A stretch of DNA of 64,000 bases from an uncultured Phycisphaerales bacterium (GTDB taxonomy: Bacteria; Planctomycetota; Phycisphaerae; Tepidisphaerales; Tepidisphaeraceae). Below are positions 12,323-22,453 of the stretch, in pieces. Both the position numbers and the translations under genes were made by a program. The stretch's first letter is position 1. Each line of letters begins with the position of its first letter. The stretch is from the NCBI GenBank assembly GCA_963755915.1, contig CAVWLP010000003.1:64001-128000 (forward strand), written 5' to 3'. Under the pieces are notes generated by a model. That model worked only from the letters and a program-made list of their open reading frames with translations, was not told the origin of the DNA and did no database searches.

Positions 12323-12505
12323 CTTCCCCTAAACTTCCCCTTTTTTATGCAGAATGAGCTTGTCTTGCCGCTCATGCAGAGTACAATTCAACCGGTGTTA
12401 AGGCTCTGCCTACACGGGAATTAAACGTAAATTCCGGGTTCAGCTAGATTTGCTGATTTTGGGTCATTTCTGACTCATAACCATACGGTCAAATCCACGA
12501 ATCCT
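12323..12505 (+). repeat. Island end (arm region) plus degenerate tRNA-Met 3'-half copy
   Basis: 12323-12482 aligns without gaps to 24360-24519; CTCATAACC-atac-GGTC-aaatcca-CGAATCCT stays in register with the tRNA fragment at 24511. Confidence 0.85.
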
Positions 12506-12730
12506 GATTCTCCTTTCGAAAACGAAGTTTCTCCGTCTCAAATCCAAACCCGCATAGGGGAAGAATGGGGGAAACCTGTCGAAGCAGCTAATTGAGACAT
12601 ATCAGAACTGTCATAAGCGCCTTCAGTTACAATTGAATTGAGAGACGCGGCGATGTTCGACCATCGGGTTCTCAACCCGGAGGTCAACATCTTCTTTTGA
12701 AGTAAGAAAACGCCGATTGTTGAGCCGTAG

Positions 12731-14323
12731 TTAAGATGAACTGGCGCAATCCTGTGCATCAAAATAAAGTTGCTCGGCGAATATAGAAATTCCGTAATAT
12801 CGAAAATCAACGAGCATCTGCACCGTCGCCGCAATTGCATCATGGTGAGAAGAAACACCACCGGGATCGTGAATGAATTGCAGATCGGGCTGGATGCTGA
12901 ACCAGGCATTGAGGCGAATCTTGTAGAAAGTCTCCACAGTAAGTTCCCCGCGTTCGTTGAATCCGGAGCCGGGAGCGTCGCTGAAACGGAGGTAGCTGGC
13001 GCCAAGGCCCAGAACATCGGAATCGCGCGAAGCTAGAGGTCCGGTCCATCTCAAGCCACCCCCAATCTGATAATTGGCTGCGCTGATTGCCGGATTTGCG
13101 TATCCCGCGAGGGCAAATATGGCGATCCCCGGTGCGGTGTCCTCCCCGTCCGGGGTCCTGCGCCACAGCGTCTGGTCTAAGGTCAGATACGGACCAGTGG
13201 CACCGTTTTCGGTGCCTCCGTCAAACCGATCAAACATGCCGGTATGATGCCAAATTCCGAAACCCAGCCGACCATCCCGCTTTCCCGGACCGGTCCAGGT
13301 TGCACCGATTTCACCAATCCAGAACTGGCTGGGATCATCGAAGATGTGGGCTGGTCCCAGCGATCCGGTATCGGCGCCCTCCAGTTCCGACCCATCATAA
13401 ACGCCGATTCCGGCATACACATGAGAGGTAGGATTTACGAACAATTCCGCGCCAAATGCCGGATCAGGATCCGTGGGGAAATGAAGGATTGTGGGGCTAT
13501 AGCTGGCAAAATCATTCAAAAACTCCCCTCCGTTGGCAACGAACGCAAACTCGGTATTGGCATCGATCTTTCCAAGTCTTATACGTAGTTTGTCATCGAG
13601 CATTTTTTGTTCATACCAAATCTCCGAGATTTCGGTTCGGTCGGGAGCATATAGGTGAGAGCTCGCTCCGAATGAGCCGTCCAGCGAGCGATCGTGCAGC
13701 CCGTTCTGATTCCTGAAGTTGATGAATAGCGTTCCACCATCGTAGCCGACGAGCTTTTTGCTATCGAGCGTGATGTTAATATTGAGGAGGTAGGCCTCGC
13801 CGAGAGTGTGCGTATCGGCACCACCCGTAAGATTCTTGCCCAAATAGGCTGCGAACCCACCTGCAAAAGTGATCCCATGATCTTCAAGCTTTGGTCTTAA
13901 GCCACCCCAGTCATCTGTCAGCCGCGCCCATTCCTGTGGCGGCCTGCCAATTTCAGTGGCTTGTGGTGCCGCTATGTGCCGGTCAAGCGATTGCGGCGGC
14001 TGAATTTCGCCAGACTTACTATTCTGAGTGGTTGGCAGAATTGGGTGTTGTCGGACGGGCTGTGCTGGCGGTACAGCGCTCATCCGTGTTGTCGGCGATT
14101 CGGGATGTTGGGGAAGCGGCTCCCCCGGTCGAATTGTCGGCGCTAGACGGCTCTCCTTGTCAATACTGGGTTTGTCGAAGCCGCTAATGGAAAATCTCGG
14201 GACTGCTGCGCGGCTTTTTTGAGGGATATGTGCATCAGCAAAAAAGAACTTGGCAACGCCGAACGCTGCGATAATGGCAATGGGCGTTGAAGCCAGTGCG
14301 ATTTTTCGGCGTTTGTTGCTCAT
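12731..14323 (-). CDS. OprB-family carbohydrate-selective porin with Pro-rich N-terminal extension
   Basis: LTDDWGGLR..LEDHGI, EIWYEQ, RLGKID...EF, ETFYK, IQPDLQFI.DPG. Confidence 0.88.
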   Translation of the reverse strand: MSNKRRKIALASTPIAIIAAFGVAKFFFADAHIPQKSRAAVPRFSISGFDKPSIDKESRLAPTIRPGEPLPQHPESPTTRMSAVPPAQPVRQHPILPTTQNSKSGEIQPPQSLDRHIAAPQATEIGRPPQEWARLTDDWGGLRPKLEDHGITFAGGFAAYLGKNLTGGADTHTLGEAYLLNINITLDSKKLVGYDGGTLFINFRNQNGLHDRSLDGSFGASSHLYAPDRTEISEIWYEQKMLDDKLRIRLGKIDANTEFAFVANGGEFLNDFASYSPTILHFPTDPDPAFGAELFVNPTSHVYAGIGVYDGSELEGADTGSLGPAHIFDDPSQFWIGEIGATWTGPGKRDGRLGFGIWHHTGMFDRFDGGTENGATGPYLTLDQTLWRRTPDGEDTAPGIAIFALAGYANPAISAANYQIGGGLRWTGPLASRDSDVLGLGASYLRFSDAPGSGFNERGELTVETFYKIRLNAWFSIQPDLQFIHDPGGVSSHHDAIAATVQMLVDFRYYGISIFAEQLYFDAQDCASSS

Positions 14324-14429
14324 GCCAACTTTCCGCTTCCATCGTCGACCGTGGATGCGCACCGTCCGCGCGACGGAGGCCCGCCTTGTAAATTTGGTGA
14401 AACACGACGATCAGACGTGATCGAGAAAC

Positions 14430-15362
14430 TCATCCCGAACTGCCGGCGGGCACGATGACAGGAGATTCTTCCGCTCCCTTGGACGAATGCACTCGATTCC
14501 GTCCAGCGTTCTTCGCCGCATACATTGCGCGATCGGCCGCTTCAACCAAAGTATCGCTACCGGCCGTCGCAAGATCGGATACTCCGAAACTCGCCGTTAT
14601 TTTCAGTTGTCCATTTCTGTAAGGTAGCGAGGTCGATTCCAACTCGTTGCGGACCCGTTCGGCGAACGCCGTTGCCTGTTCTAGGGATGTCCGGGGGAGG
14701 AGAGCGACGAACTCCTCGCCGCCGTATCGACACACGATGTCTTCAGCACGTGCTGAGTTTCGGAAGATACGACCGACCTGCCGCAGAACCTCGTCCCCGA
14801 CCGCATGCCCGTAGCGGTCATTGAATTGCTTGAAATGGTCCACATCGGCGATCACGCACGCCAACGACGAAGTCCCGTGTCGCTTGTTGCTGGCCAGTTC
14901 GGCGGCCAACCGCTGATCGAAGTAACCTCTATTACGCACTCCAGTGAGCCCGTCGATCATCGCTTGGTGCGACAAGAGGTCGATCAGTTCTTTGGTGCGT
15001 AATGCCGAGCGAACACGGGCCTTCAGTTCCGCCGGATCGCAGGGTTTGGTGACATAATCGACTGCGCCCAACTCCAATCCTTGGATTTTTTGTGCCGAGT
15101 CGGCTTCTGCGGTCAAAAAGATGACGGAAATGTCTTTTGTTCGGGCATCGGCCTTGAGGATGCGACATACTTCCCATCCATCGGGCTTGGGCATTTCGAT
15201 ATCGAGTAGAAGCAAGTCAGGCAGGAGTTTACCTGCCATGTCCAAGGCCTGTTTTCCATCGTACGCAGAGTGGATTTCGACCGGTTCTTCGGCCAGGTGG
15301 GTGCGCACCAAGGCATGAATCATTTTGACATTATCAGCAACAAGTACCTTATGCTTGTCCAT
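14430..15362 (-). CDS. REC-GGDEF diguanylate cyclase response regulator
   Basis: Receiver (LLDIEMP, DYVTKP) plus DGLTG..NR, DVDHFK..ND, RAED I-site and RYGGEEF. Confidence 0.93.
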   Translation of the reverse strand: MDKHKVLVADNVKMIHALVRTHLAEEPVEIHSAYDGKQALDMAGKLLPDLLLLDIEMPKPDGWEVCRILKADARTKDISVIFLTAEADSAQKIQGLELGAVDYVTKPCDPAELKARVRSALRTKELIDLLSHQAMIDGLTGVRNRGYFDQRLAAELASNKRHGTSSLACVIADVDHFKQFNDRYGHAVGDEVLRQVGRIFRNSARAEDIVCRYGGEEFVALLPRTSLEQATAFAERVRNELESTSLPYRNGQLKITASFGVSDLATAGSDTLVEAADRAMYAAKNAGRNRVHSSKGAEESPVIVPAGSSG

Positions 15363-17775
15363 CCGATGCCTCCACTGCATGGCGGCTTTGTTCGTCGAAT
15401 CCTTCGACACACTGAATTGCTTCGATTAACCCGCGAACCTTACTTTCGATTTCCACCATTTCGCAGGCAGATTTCGCCCGGTTCCCCAAATCCGCTGCGA
15501 TATCAGTCAACGGCCGGAATCCGAGGCCGCCGGCTGTTCCACGTATGTCATGCAGCTCTCGGCGAAGTGCCTCAATATCTCTCTCACGCATCGCTGCTTC
15601 CAGACGCTCAACCTGCGCGGGGAGTCCCTCAACATATTCTTGAATCAACTCGTGGTACTTTGGCTCGCCTGCTAGAGTGCTGCGCAATGACTGAGAGGGA
15701 GATGACGAATTAGCGATGGCGGGCAGTGCGTTTACCAAGCGCGGTTCCGCAACACATTTGGATATCGTATTGCCAAGCTGACCGAGCGATTCCGCGATCG
15801 TCTCTAGAAGTAGTTTCCGCTCGATAGGTTTGGGCACGTAGCCGGTGCAGCCCGCCTGCAGGCATTTAGCTCGGTCGTCGCTCATTGCGTGCGCGGTCAG
15901 TGCGATGATCGGCAGGCGACAACCCCGTTTGCGCAGTTCCGACGACGCCGTATAGCCGTCCATTTCCGGCATTTGCATGTCCATCAGGATTAGATCAAAT
16001 TGCTGCCGTTGAAACAGGTCCAACGCGATTCGACCATTTTTCGCGACGGTTACGGTAGCGCCGGCTTCGCTCAACAGCAGGGTAATTAACTTTTGATTCT
16101 CCGGACCATCCTCCGCGAGAAGAATGCTGCAATTCAACGTAAACTGCTGACTGACGGCCGGTTTGGAAGACTGCACGACCAGCATCGATTCATTAAGTCC
16201 ATGCAGCATTTCGACGCCTGCAATGGGACCACCGTCGATTGTGATTCGGAAGCAACTTCCGACATTGGCCACTGATTCAACAACCAAGTCGCCCCCGAGT
16301 AGCTCTGTCAGGCGCTTACTGATGGTCAATCCCAGTCCGGTTCCTCCGAATCGGCGCGTCGTCGAATCGTCAGCTTGCGTAAACGGTTGAAACAAGCGGG
16401 CAAGTTGCTCGCGGGTGATACCAATGCCGGTGTCGATAACTTCCAATGTGACGATGCTGGATCCATCTTTTATTTCGCAGTCAACGCGCAGCCGTACTTC
16501 GCCGCGTTCGGTAAATTTGATCGCATTACCAAGCACATTCATCAGGATTTGCTTCACGCGCAATGGATCGCTGTGGATCACACGGGGAATTGTGTTGGCG
16601 AAGGTCAAATGCAAGGCTAACCCCTGGGCGATGGCGCGTGGGCGCAGCAGGGAGACCACCTCAGCGGTGACCTGGGGCAGATCCATCTCGATCCGCTCCA
16701 CGGTCATCTTGTTCGCCTCAATCTTGCTAATATCAAGAATGTCGTTGATGAGATCAAGCAGATGCCTGCCGCTCCGATGGATGATCTGCAAACCCTCGGC
16801 GTGCTCGCCAAAATTCTCCTTGCGCTCCAGCAGCCGTTCGGCATAACCCATGATGGCGGTCATGGGGGTCCGGATCTCGTGGGACATATTCGCCAGGAAT
16901 GTGGATTTGGCATGGCTGGCCGCTTCGGCGCGGTCTGCGGCTTGGACGAGCTGCATTTGCGAGGTGGCCAGGCTTTCAGCCATCTGGTTAAATGTGCCGG
17001 CCAAGTCAGTTATCTCGTCCTTGCCTTCGACGCTGATACGTGCCGCCAGATCACCGCTGCCTAGTTGGCTGGCCTTAGTTCGGACTTCGTACAGTCGCCG
17101 CCCGAGGGGTCCGGCAGTCATCAAGGCGATCATTGCAGTTAGCGCGACTGCCACTGCTCCAACGACCACAACGATGAACCATTGCACGCCCACGCTTTTA
17201 GCCGTCTCGGCGAGGGTATCGGAGATTTCGGTTCTCGCCCCTTGTTGCAGATCGAGCGCTTTGGATACCAACCGGTGATTTTCTACGTCATTGAGCCGTA
17301 TTAACTCGCTATCGACTTTTCCCTGTTGTTCTAAGCTGGCACAAATTGCGTCCCAATTTCGCTGCAACTTCGCGCGGTCAGCATCCAATTCATCAATCTG
17401 CGCTATATGCTCTCTTTCTTCTCGAACCTCATCCTGGTTATCCGCAGCTTTCAAAATTCCGTCCGACTCATCTCGTAGTCCGCCAATTGCATCAGCCAAG
17501 CTTCGGAAATCGTTGGCAATCTGGCCCTTTGCGGCCTGAACTTCGGCGGTTTGTTTGTGGTCAATTGCGTCTACGAACTCGTCGATCTTCGCATCCAGCA
17601 CCACAGCCGACTCCGCAGCCAGGCTCGTGTCTTTCACTTCGCGAAGTGTCGTGTCGATTGTCTCGCGCAAGGAGCCGGCGGTGACCGATAAGCTGTGAAT
17701 GCTAAATGCACCGACGACGGCAACGGAGATCGCTGAGCTGACGAAGCCGAGATAAAGTTTTTTTTGAATTGTCAT
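15349..17775 (-). CDS. Hybrid sensor histidine kinase (periplasmic sensor-HAMP-HisKA-HATPase-REC-Hpt)
   Basis: Two TM segments, DEITDLA..FN.M, FLANMSHEIRTP, GGTGLGL, DMQMP, C-terminal LHDIRGTAG. Confidence 0.93.
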   Translation of the reverse strand: MTIQKKLYLGFVSSAISVAVVGAFSIHSLSVTAGSLRETIDTTLREVKDTSLAAESAVVLDAKIDEFVDAIDHKQTAEVQAAKGQIANDFRSLADAIGGLRDESDGILKAADNQDEVREEREHIAQIDELDADRAKLQRNWDAICASLEQQGKVDSELIRLNDVENHRLVSKALDLQQGARTEISDTLAETAKSVGVQWFIVVVVGAVAVALTAMIALMTAGPLGRRLYEVRTKASQLGSGDLAARISVEGKDEITDLAGTFNQMAESLATSQMQLVQAADRAEAASHAKSTFLANMSHEIRTPMTAIMGYAERLLERKENFGEHAEGLQIIHRSGRHLLDLINDILDISKIEANKMTVERIEMDLPQVTAEVVSLLRPRAIAQGLALHLTFANTIPRVIHSDPLRVKQILMNVLGNAIKFTERGEVRLRVDCEIKDGSSIVTLEVIDTGIGITREQLARLFQPFTQADDSTTRRFGGTGLGLTISKRLTELLGGDLVVESVANVGSCFRITIDGGPIAGVEMLHGLNESMLVVQSSKPAVSQQFTLNCSILLAEDGPENQKLITLLLSEAGATVTVAKNGRIALDLFQRQQFDLILMDMQMPEMDGYTASSELRKRGCRLPIIALTAHAMSDDRAKCLQAGCTGYVPKPIERKLLLETIAESLGQLGNTISKCVAEPRLVNALPAIANSSSPSQSLRSTLAGEPKYHELIQEYVEGLPAQVERLEAAMRERDIEALRRELHDIRGTAGGLGFRPLTDIAADLGNRAKSACEMVEIESKVRGLIEAIQCVEGFDEQSRHAVEASDGQA

Positions 17776-18074
17776 CTTGTCAATTTCAGGACTGGTAAAA
17801 TCTCGGCGCACGATAGGCATGAATGCGCCTGAAACGTAGATCGGCACAAAACTGCGCGTATTTACGGCAGTCCAGATTAGATAAGACAAAGTGAGTTTAT
17901 TCTTTAGTTCTGTCGAAAGAAGTTATCCCAAGCCACTTCAGGGGTGCACCTTTTCATCCGATAAAGTCGAAAGCCGGCATCCGATTTTAGCAATGGCGCG
18001 ACGGTCATGACATTCATGACGGGCCGCATTATTCCATAGTTCTGAGTCGTGACGAATCGAACTGGTGATCCGCA

Positions 18075-18637
18075 ATGACGATGAAGCAGAAAATTCTTGG
18101 CGTATTTCTTGGATCATCGATGCTAGTGGCGATGGTGGGTTGTCTGGCGGTGATAAGCCTATTTCATCTTGACAGAACATTGGTCCCCTTCAGCAATATC
18201 GAGATACCACAGATCTCTGAGGCCAACGCGATGGGAAGTGCCACGGTTGAACTCCACCGCAGTGTTGAGCAGTACGTTCGAGCCAAGCACGACCGGCGAG
18301 ATAACGATATTGTGACGCTCAGAGCACGGATTAATTCTGAATTCGATCAGATCACCCAGATAAGCAGTCAACTTCAAGACACGGTGGAATTTCAGTCTGG
18401 CCACTCGGTTTCCGGAAGTGACGATTACAAGGATGCCGAAAAGGACCAGAAGGATCTCAGAACAATCGACGATCAAGTGCAGTCGTTGCGTCGCGATTGG
18501 CGGGAGTTGGATTCACCTGCTGAAAATCAGCCGAATGCTGATCATGATCAGTTGCTCCGCACAAGAATGGATACGACGGCGTCGGGGCTCCTGGAGTCTA
18601 CGTTGGCCTTTCAACGCGGAGCCAACTCGGGAGCTGT
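18075..18637 (+). pseudogene. Truncated membrane sensor protein (TM plus helical periplasmic domain) cut by IS66 remnant
   Basis: N-terminus resembles that of the divergent hybrid kinase; frame runs straight into tnpB sequence with no second TM or kinase domain. Confidence 0.6.
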
Positions 18638-18948
18638 CTCCTTGCGGGCGTGCGTATCTGGCTAGCGACGGCAGCGGTGGATGGCCGCAAGGGATTCGAC
18701 ACGCTGTGTGGCATCGTGCGCCAAGCGCTGGGGCACAATCCCCTGTCCGGGGACATGTTCGTCTTTCGTAACCGCTCGGGTGCGAGGGCAAAAATTATCT
18801 TTTGGGATTCCAACGGACTGGTTCTTTACGCAAAGAGGTTAGAGAAAGGAACGTTCCGCTGGCCGGCGGCCGGCGAGTCCTCCATCGCGCTCAGCAGGCG
18901 CAGCTGATGGATCTGCTGGCCGGGCGAGAAGTGAAATCGATGGCATAA
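18638..18948 (+). pseudogene. tnpB: IS66 accessory protein TnpB, 5'-clipped, frameshift ~18895
   Basis: RIWLA...VDGRKGFD.L, FVFRNR, WDSNGLVLYAKRLEKG.F.WP. Confidence 0.85.
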
Positions 18949-18996
18949 AATTCATTGCAATATTCCGGTGGACCGCGCGTATTATGCGGCAGAGTC

Positions 18997-20607
18997 ATGG
19001 ACGACACGGCCCTCCTGGAACTTCCCGACGACCCGATCCTCCTTAAGCGCCTGATCGTCGAGCGCGACCAAACCATTGCCCAGCGCGACGAATCAATCCA
19101 GCTCCTGAACCAGGACAACCAACTCTTACGTCACCGCCTGGCGGCGCTGCTGCGAAGCAGCTACGGCCCTCGGGCCGAGCGCTTTGATCCCCGGCAACTG
19201 CTGCTCTTCGGCCTGCTGGTGCCCAGGATTGAATTTCTGTCGCCAGCGTCTCCTTCCCGATCCAAATCGCCCAACCGTTCCAAGCACGGTCGTCAGAAAC
19301 TTCCCGATCATCTGCCACGCCTGCCCATCGAGCACGACCTGGATGAATCGGAAAAGGCTTGCCCCTGCTGCGGCGAGCAGCGTCAGTGCATCGGCCAAGA
19401 GAAAAACGAACAGCTGGAGCACCTTCCATCGAACTTCGTAGTCCTGCAGCACATCCGCCATAAATACGCCTGCCAGCATTGCAATTCAGGACATTGCCAG
19501 AAGTGCGATGGCAACGCTCATATCGATCTGGCCACCAAGCCCCAGCAACCGATTGAAAAGGGAATGGCCGGTCCGGGACTCCTGGCGTACGTGGTGACCA
19601 GCAAGATGGCGGACCATCTGCCGCTGTACCGGCTGGAACAGATCTTCGCCCGACAGCAGGTGAATATCAGCCGCTCAACGCTGTGCGGCTGGATCGCGGC
19701 GGCGGCGAGGGTGGTCGAGCCGTTGTACAAGCTCATGTGCGACCGCGTCTGCCAAAGCGATGTCATGCATACGGACGACACGACCGTGCCGGTCCAGCAC
19801 GAAGGGCATTGCCGGCAGGGACGGTTGTGGACGTACTTTGGGAACGGGTGCCATCCCTATATTGTATATGACTACACACCGACGCGTTCTGGCCAGGGCC
19901 CGCTGGCGTGGCTGGGATCATGGAAAGGGTTCCTGCAGGCTGACGCCTACGCCGGCTATGACAAGCTGTTCGCGCAAGGCGATGTGACGGAGGTTGCCTG
20001 CTGGGCTCACACGAGACGCAAGTACTTCGACGCCCAGGAATCGGACATCGCCAGATCGCTCTGGATGCTGCAGATGATCCGCCGATTGTACGCGGTGGAG
20101 AAAGAAGCGGCCGACCGCGATGGGCCAACACGCCTGGTTCTACGGCAATCGCGATCGACGCTGATCCTGGAGCAAATCCGCTTGTGGCTCGTCGAGCAGC
20201 AACCACGAGTGTTGCCCCGCAGTCCCATTGCCCAAGCCATCGGCTACACGCTGAACCAATGGGCAGCGCTGATCATCTACACGACCGATCCTCGCCTGAG
20301 CATAGACAACAACGTGGCCGAACGCGCCCTGCGTCGGGTTGCAGTGGGAAGAAAAAACTGGATGTTTACCGGGCACGACGAATCGGCTCAGGGCCACGCG
20401 ATCCTGTGGTCGCTGATCGCCAGCGCTCAGCGTCACGAGATCGACGTGCAGTTTTACCTCCGTAGCGTGCTGGCCCATTTGCCGGGTCTGCCGCCTGATG
20501 AATTGCAAAACTACCTGCCCGACGTGTGGAAGCGCGACCTGATGGCCGAGCAGCAGGCGAAGCTCAACGCCCATCACGAGACTTTGGTTCGAGCCATCAT
20601 CCGGTGA
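18997..20607 (+). CDS. IS66 family transposase TnpC
   Basis: CPCCG, KMADHLPLYR, HTDDT, LQADAYAGY, CWAH.RR, IDNN.AER. Confidence 0.95.
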   Translation: MDDTALLELPDDPILLKRLIVERDQTIAQRDESIQLLNQDNQLLRHRLAALLRSSYGPRAERFDPRQLLLFGLLVPRIEFLSPASPSRSKSPNRSKHGRQKLPDHLPRLPIEHDLDESEKACPCCGEQRQCIGQEKNEQLEHLPSNFVVLQHIRHKYACQHCNSGHCQKCDGNAHIDLATKPQQPIEKGMAGPGLLAYVVTSKMADHLPLYRLEQIFARQQVNISRSTLCGWIAAAARVVEPLYKLMCDRVCQSDVMHTDDTTVPVQHEGHCRQGRLWTYFGNGCHPYIVYDYTPTRSGQGPLAWLGSWKGFLQADAYAGYDKLFAQGDVTEVACWAHTRRKYFDAQESDIARSLWMLQMIRRLYAVEKEAADRDGPTRLVLRQSRSTLILEQIRLWLVEQQPRVLPRSPIAQAIGYTLNQWAALIIYTTDPRLSIDNNVAERALRRVAVGRKNWMFTGHDESAQGHAILWSLIASAQRHEIDVQFYLRSVLAHLPGLPPDELQNYLPDVWKRDLMAEQQAKLNAHHETLVRAIIR

Positions 20608-20631
20608 GGATGTGGTTGTCCCAGCGTTGAC

Positions 20632-22166
20632 TTACCGAGTGCTGGGTTGGGTATGAATATCTTGAATCTCACCTCTCTGAAGCGGTGAGCGGACAACCTC
20701 CAAAGCGGACGGAATCACTTTGCCATTAGTAGAAGATGACGGATACGTAAAAGGGGTTCGAACGCTTTTTCCGTTGACTTGGGCGACAAAGATCAGCCCA
20801 TAGGCATAGTTGCTGGATTGCGTGGGATATTGCACGGCGTACGTGACATTGCTTGGACCGTTACTTCCGACAATCATTTTGACATCTGGATTAGGCTGGC
20901 CTGTGCTGTGGCCAACGCCGTCGAACTTCGCGATCGTTTCCCACGGACCAATAGACCCGGAAAAGTAGAGGGTCGCGTTGGGCGTGCCATAGAAGAGCTT
21001 TCCGAACAAAAGTTCATGAACAGTCTTGCGCTGCTGGGATTCAATTTAGTTCTCCAGAACCAGGGCGTCTTGTCCGTCGCATCTTCGAACGAGAAATACC
21101 CAAATCCCTCGCCTGCGGGCAGCCGAATCTCGCAAGCCGCAACGCATTCCGTGCCCGGTTTGAGATCATGTTCGGCAGACTGGGTTGCGGGAAACGGCGT
21201 GCTCAGGAGCGTGCCGTTCGGAAACCATCGCGGCCCTGAGTTGCTCGAAGCGAGACGAATCGAGTCCACTTTGAATTCCATACCGTTGGCCAGATGGATT
21301 GCATAGGTACCCGACCAACTCGACGTGCCGCTAGGCCGCGATGTCGGGAGGGTCAGGGGCATTCCAGTTGGCGTCGCGGGAATTGACGGCTGTAACCATT
21401 GAATGAGGAACGTCCCGGTTCCGGCGCCGGCAACGGTGACGGCGGCCAGCACCATTGCGGCGATTTTGGCGTTCGTCCAATACATGGCTTGACCCGCCTT
21501 TCGGGCGATTGCGCTCACGAGAGTTCCTTTTGCGACGGACGTGCCGGTGAAGGCGATTGTTTCGGCCAGCTTGGCCGGAGCGGCCTCCGATCCCCGAGCC
21601 GCCAACTGCGTCGCCAGCACCGCCACCGAGGGAACGGCCCCCTTGATCGCCAGGGTCGCTCTGAGCCGGGCAACGGCGCGGCTGACTCGTTTTTCCGCGG
21701 CCTTGGCGTTGATGCCTAGAGCCACGCCAACTTGCTCGAGGCTGAATCCGCGAAGGTATCGCAGAGCGACGGCGTCGCGGTCGGATGCCTTCAATTCGGC
21801 CATCGCATCGTCCAGGATCGGCGCATAGGTTTCCCACAGCGGTTCATCTGAGTCGCCGGCTCGCTCGGGCCGCATGAAAGCTGCCTGCCTTTCGTGATAT
21901 TCGCGTCGCGCGGCGAGTTTCCTGGCATCGTGCGCGGCGAAGTGAGTGGCGGTAAGAAGCCACCCCGCCAGTGGACCCTTGACACTGGCCGCCTTGCGCG
22001 ACAAGAGCAGGAAGACCACCTGGGTGACATCTTCAGCCAGATGAGAATTGCCAAACTGCCGCCGAGCCGCCGAATAGACCAGATCGATGTTTTGTCTCAC
22101 GATTTGTGCAAACGCGTCCGTTGAGGATTTTGACAGATAGGCGGATAAGAGTTGGCGGTCATCCAT
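20632..22166 (-). pseudogene. Planctomycete-type membrane-anchored ECF sigma-70 factor, frameshift ~21030, 3'-truncated by IS66
   Basis: DRQLL, AF..IV....LVYSAARR, AEDVTQ.VF, region 4 KRVSRA..RLR, TM segment; final stop comes from the IS66 terminal GTAA. Confidence 0.8.
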
Positions 22167-22233
22167 GGGACAGGTCTGCATTCATATAGTAATGGACGAA
22201 ACATCGCGAAGGCGACAGCCTATTGGGTCGCGG

Positions 22234-22330
22234 ATCGGGGTAGAGAAGGCTGGTTGATCCCGGCCTCCCCTCCCGCCGAACCGGACGGGCGGGTTTCCCG
22301 CATCCGGCTCTCCGGTTGGTGATTCTCCGC
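22234..22330 (-). mobile_element. Group II intron 3' remnant (domains V and VI)
   Basis: Minus strand GAGCCGGATGCGGGAAACCCGCCCGTCCGGTTC (D5, AGC triad, GAAA loop), then GGCGGGAGGGG...TCTACCCCGAT (D6, bulged A, AY end); no RT ORF nearby. Confidence 0.88.
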
Positions 22331-22453
22331 TTTCGCGGATTGACAGGCCAAGTTATTGAATTCGCTGATCGCGATTTGTTGGTTTTCACAGAAAATATTG
22401 GTTGAAAGAGAACGGCAGCCCACCTTAAGGCATGCGGTTGGCGGAACGAATAC

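Larger units (their letters stand above)
18638..20635 (+). mobile_element. IS66-family element lacking tnpA and left end
   Basis: tnpB then tnpC; right end terminates in ...TTAC (20632-20635), the complement of the IS66 GTAA terminus. Confidence 0.85.
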
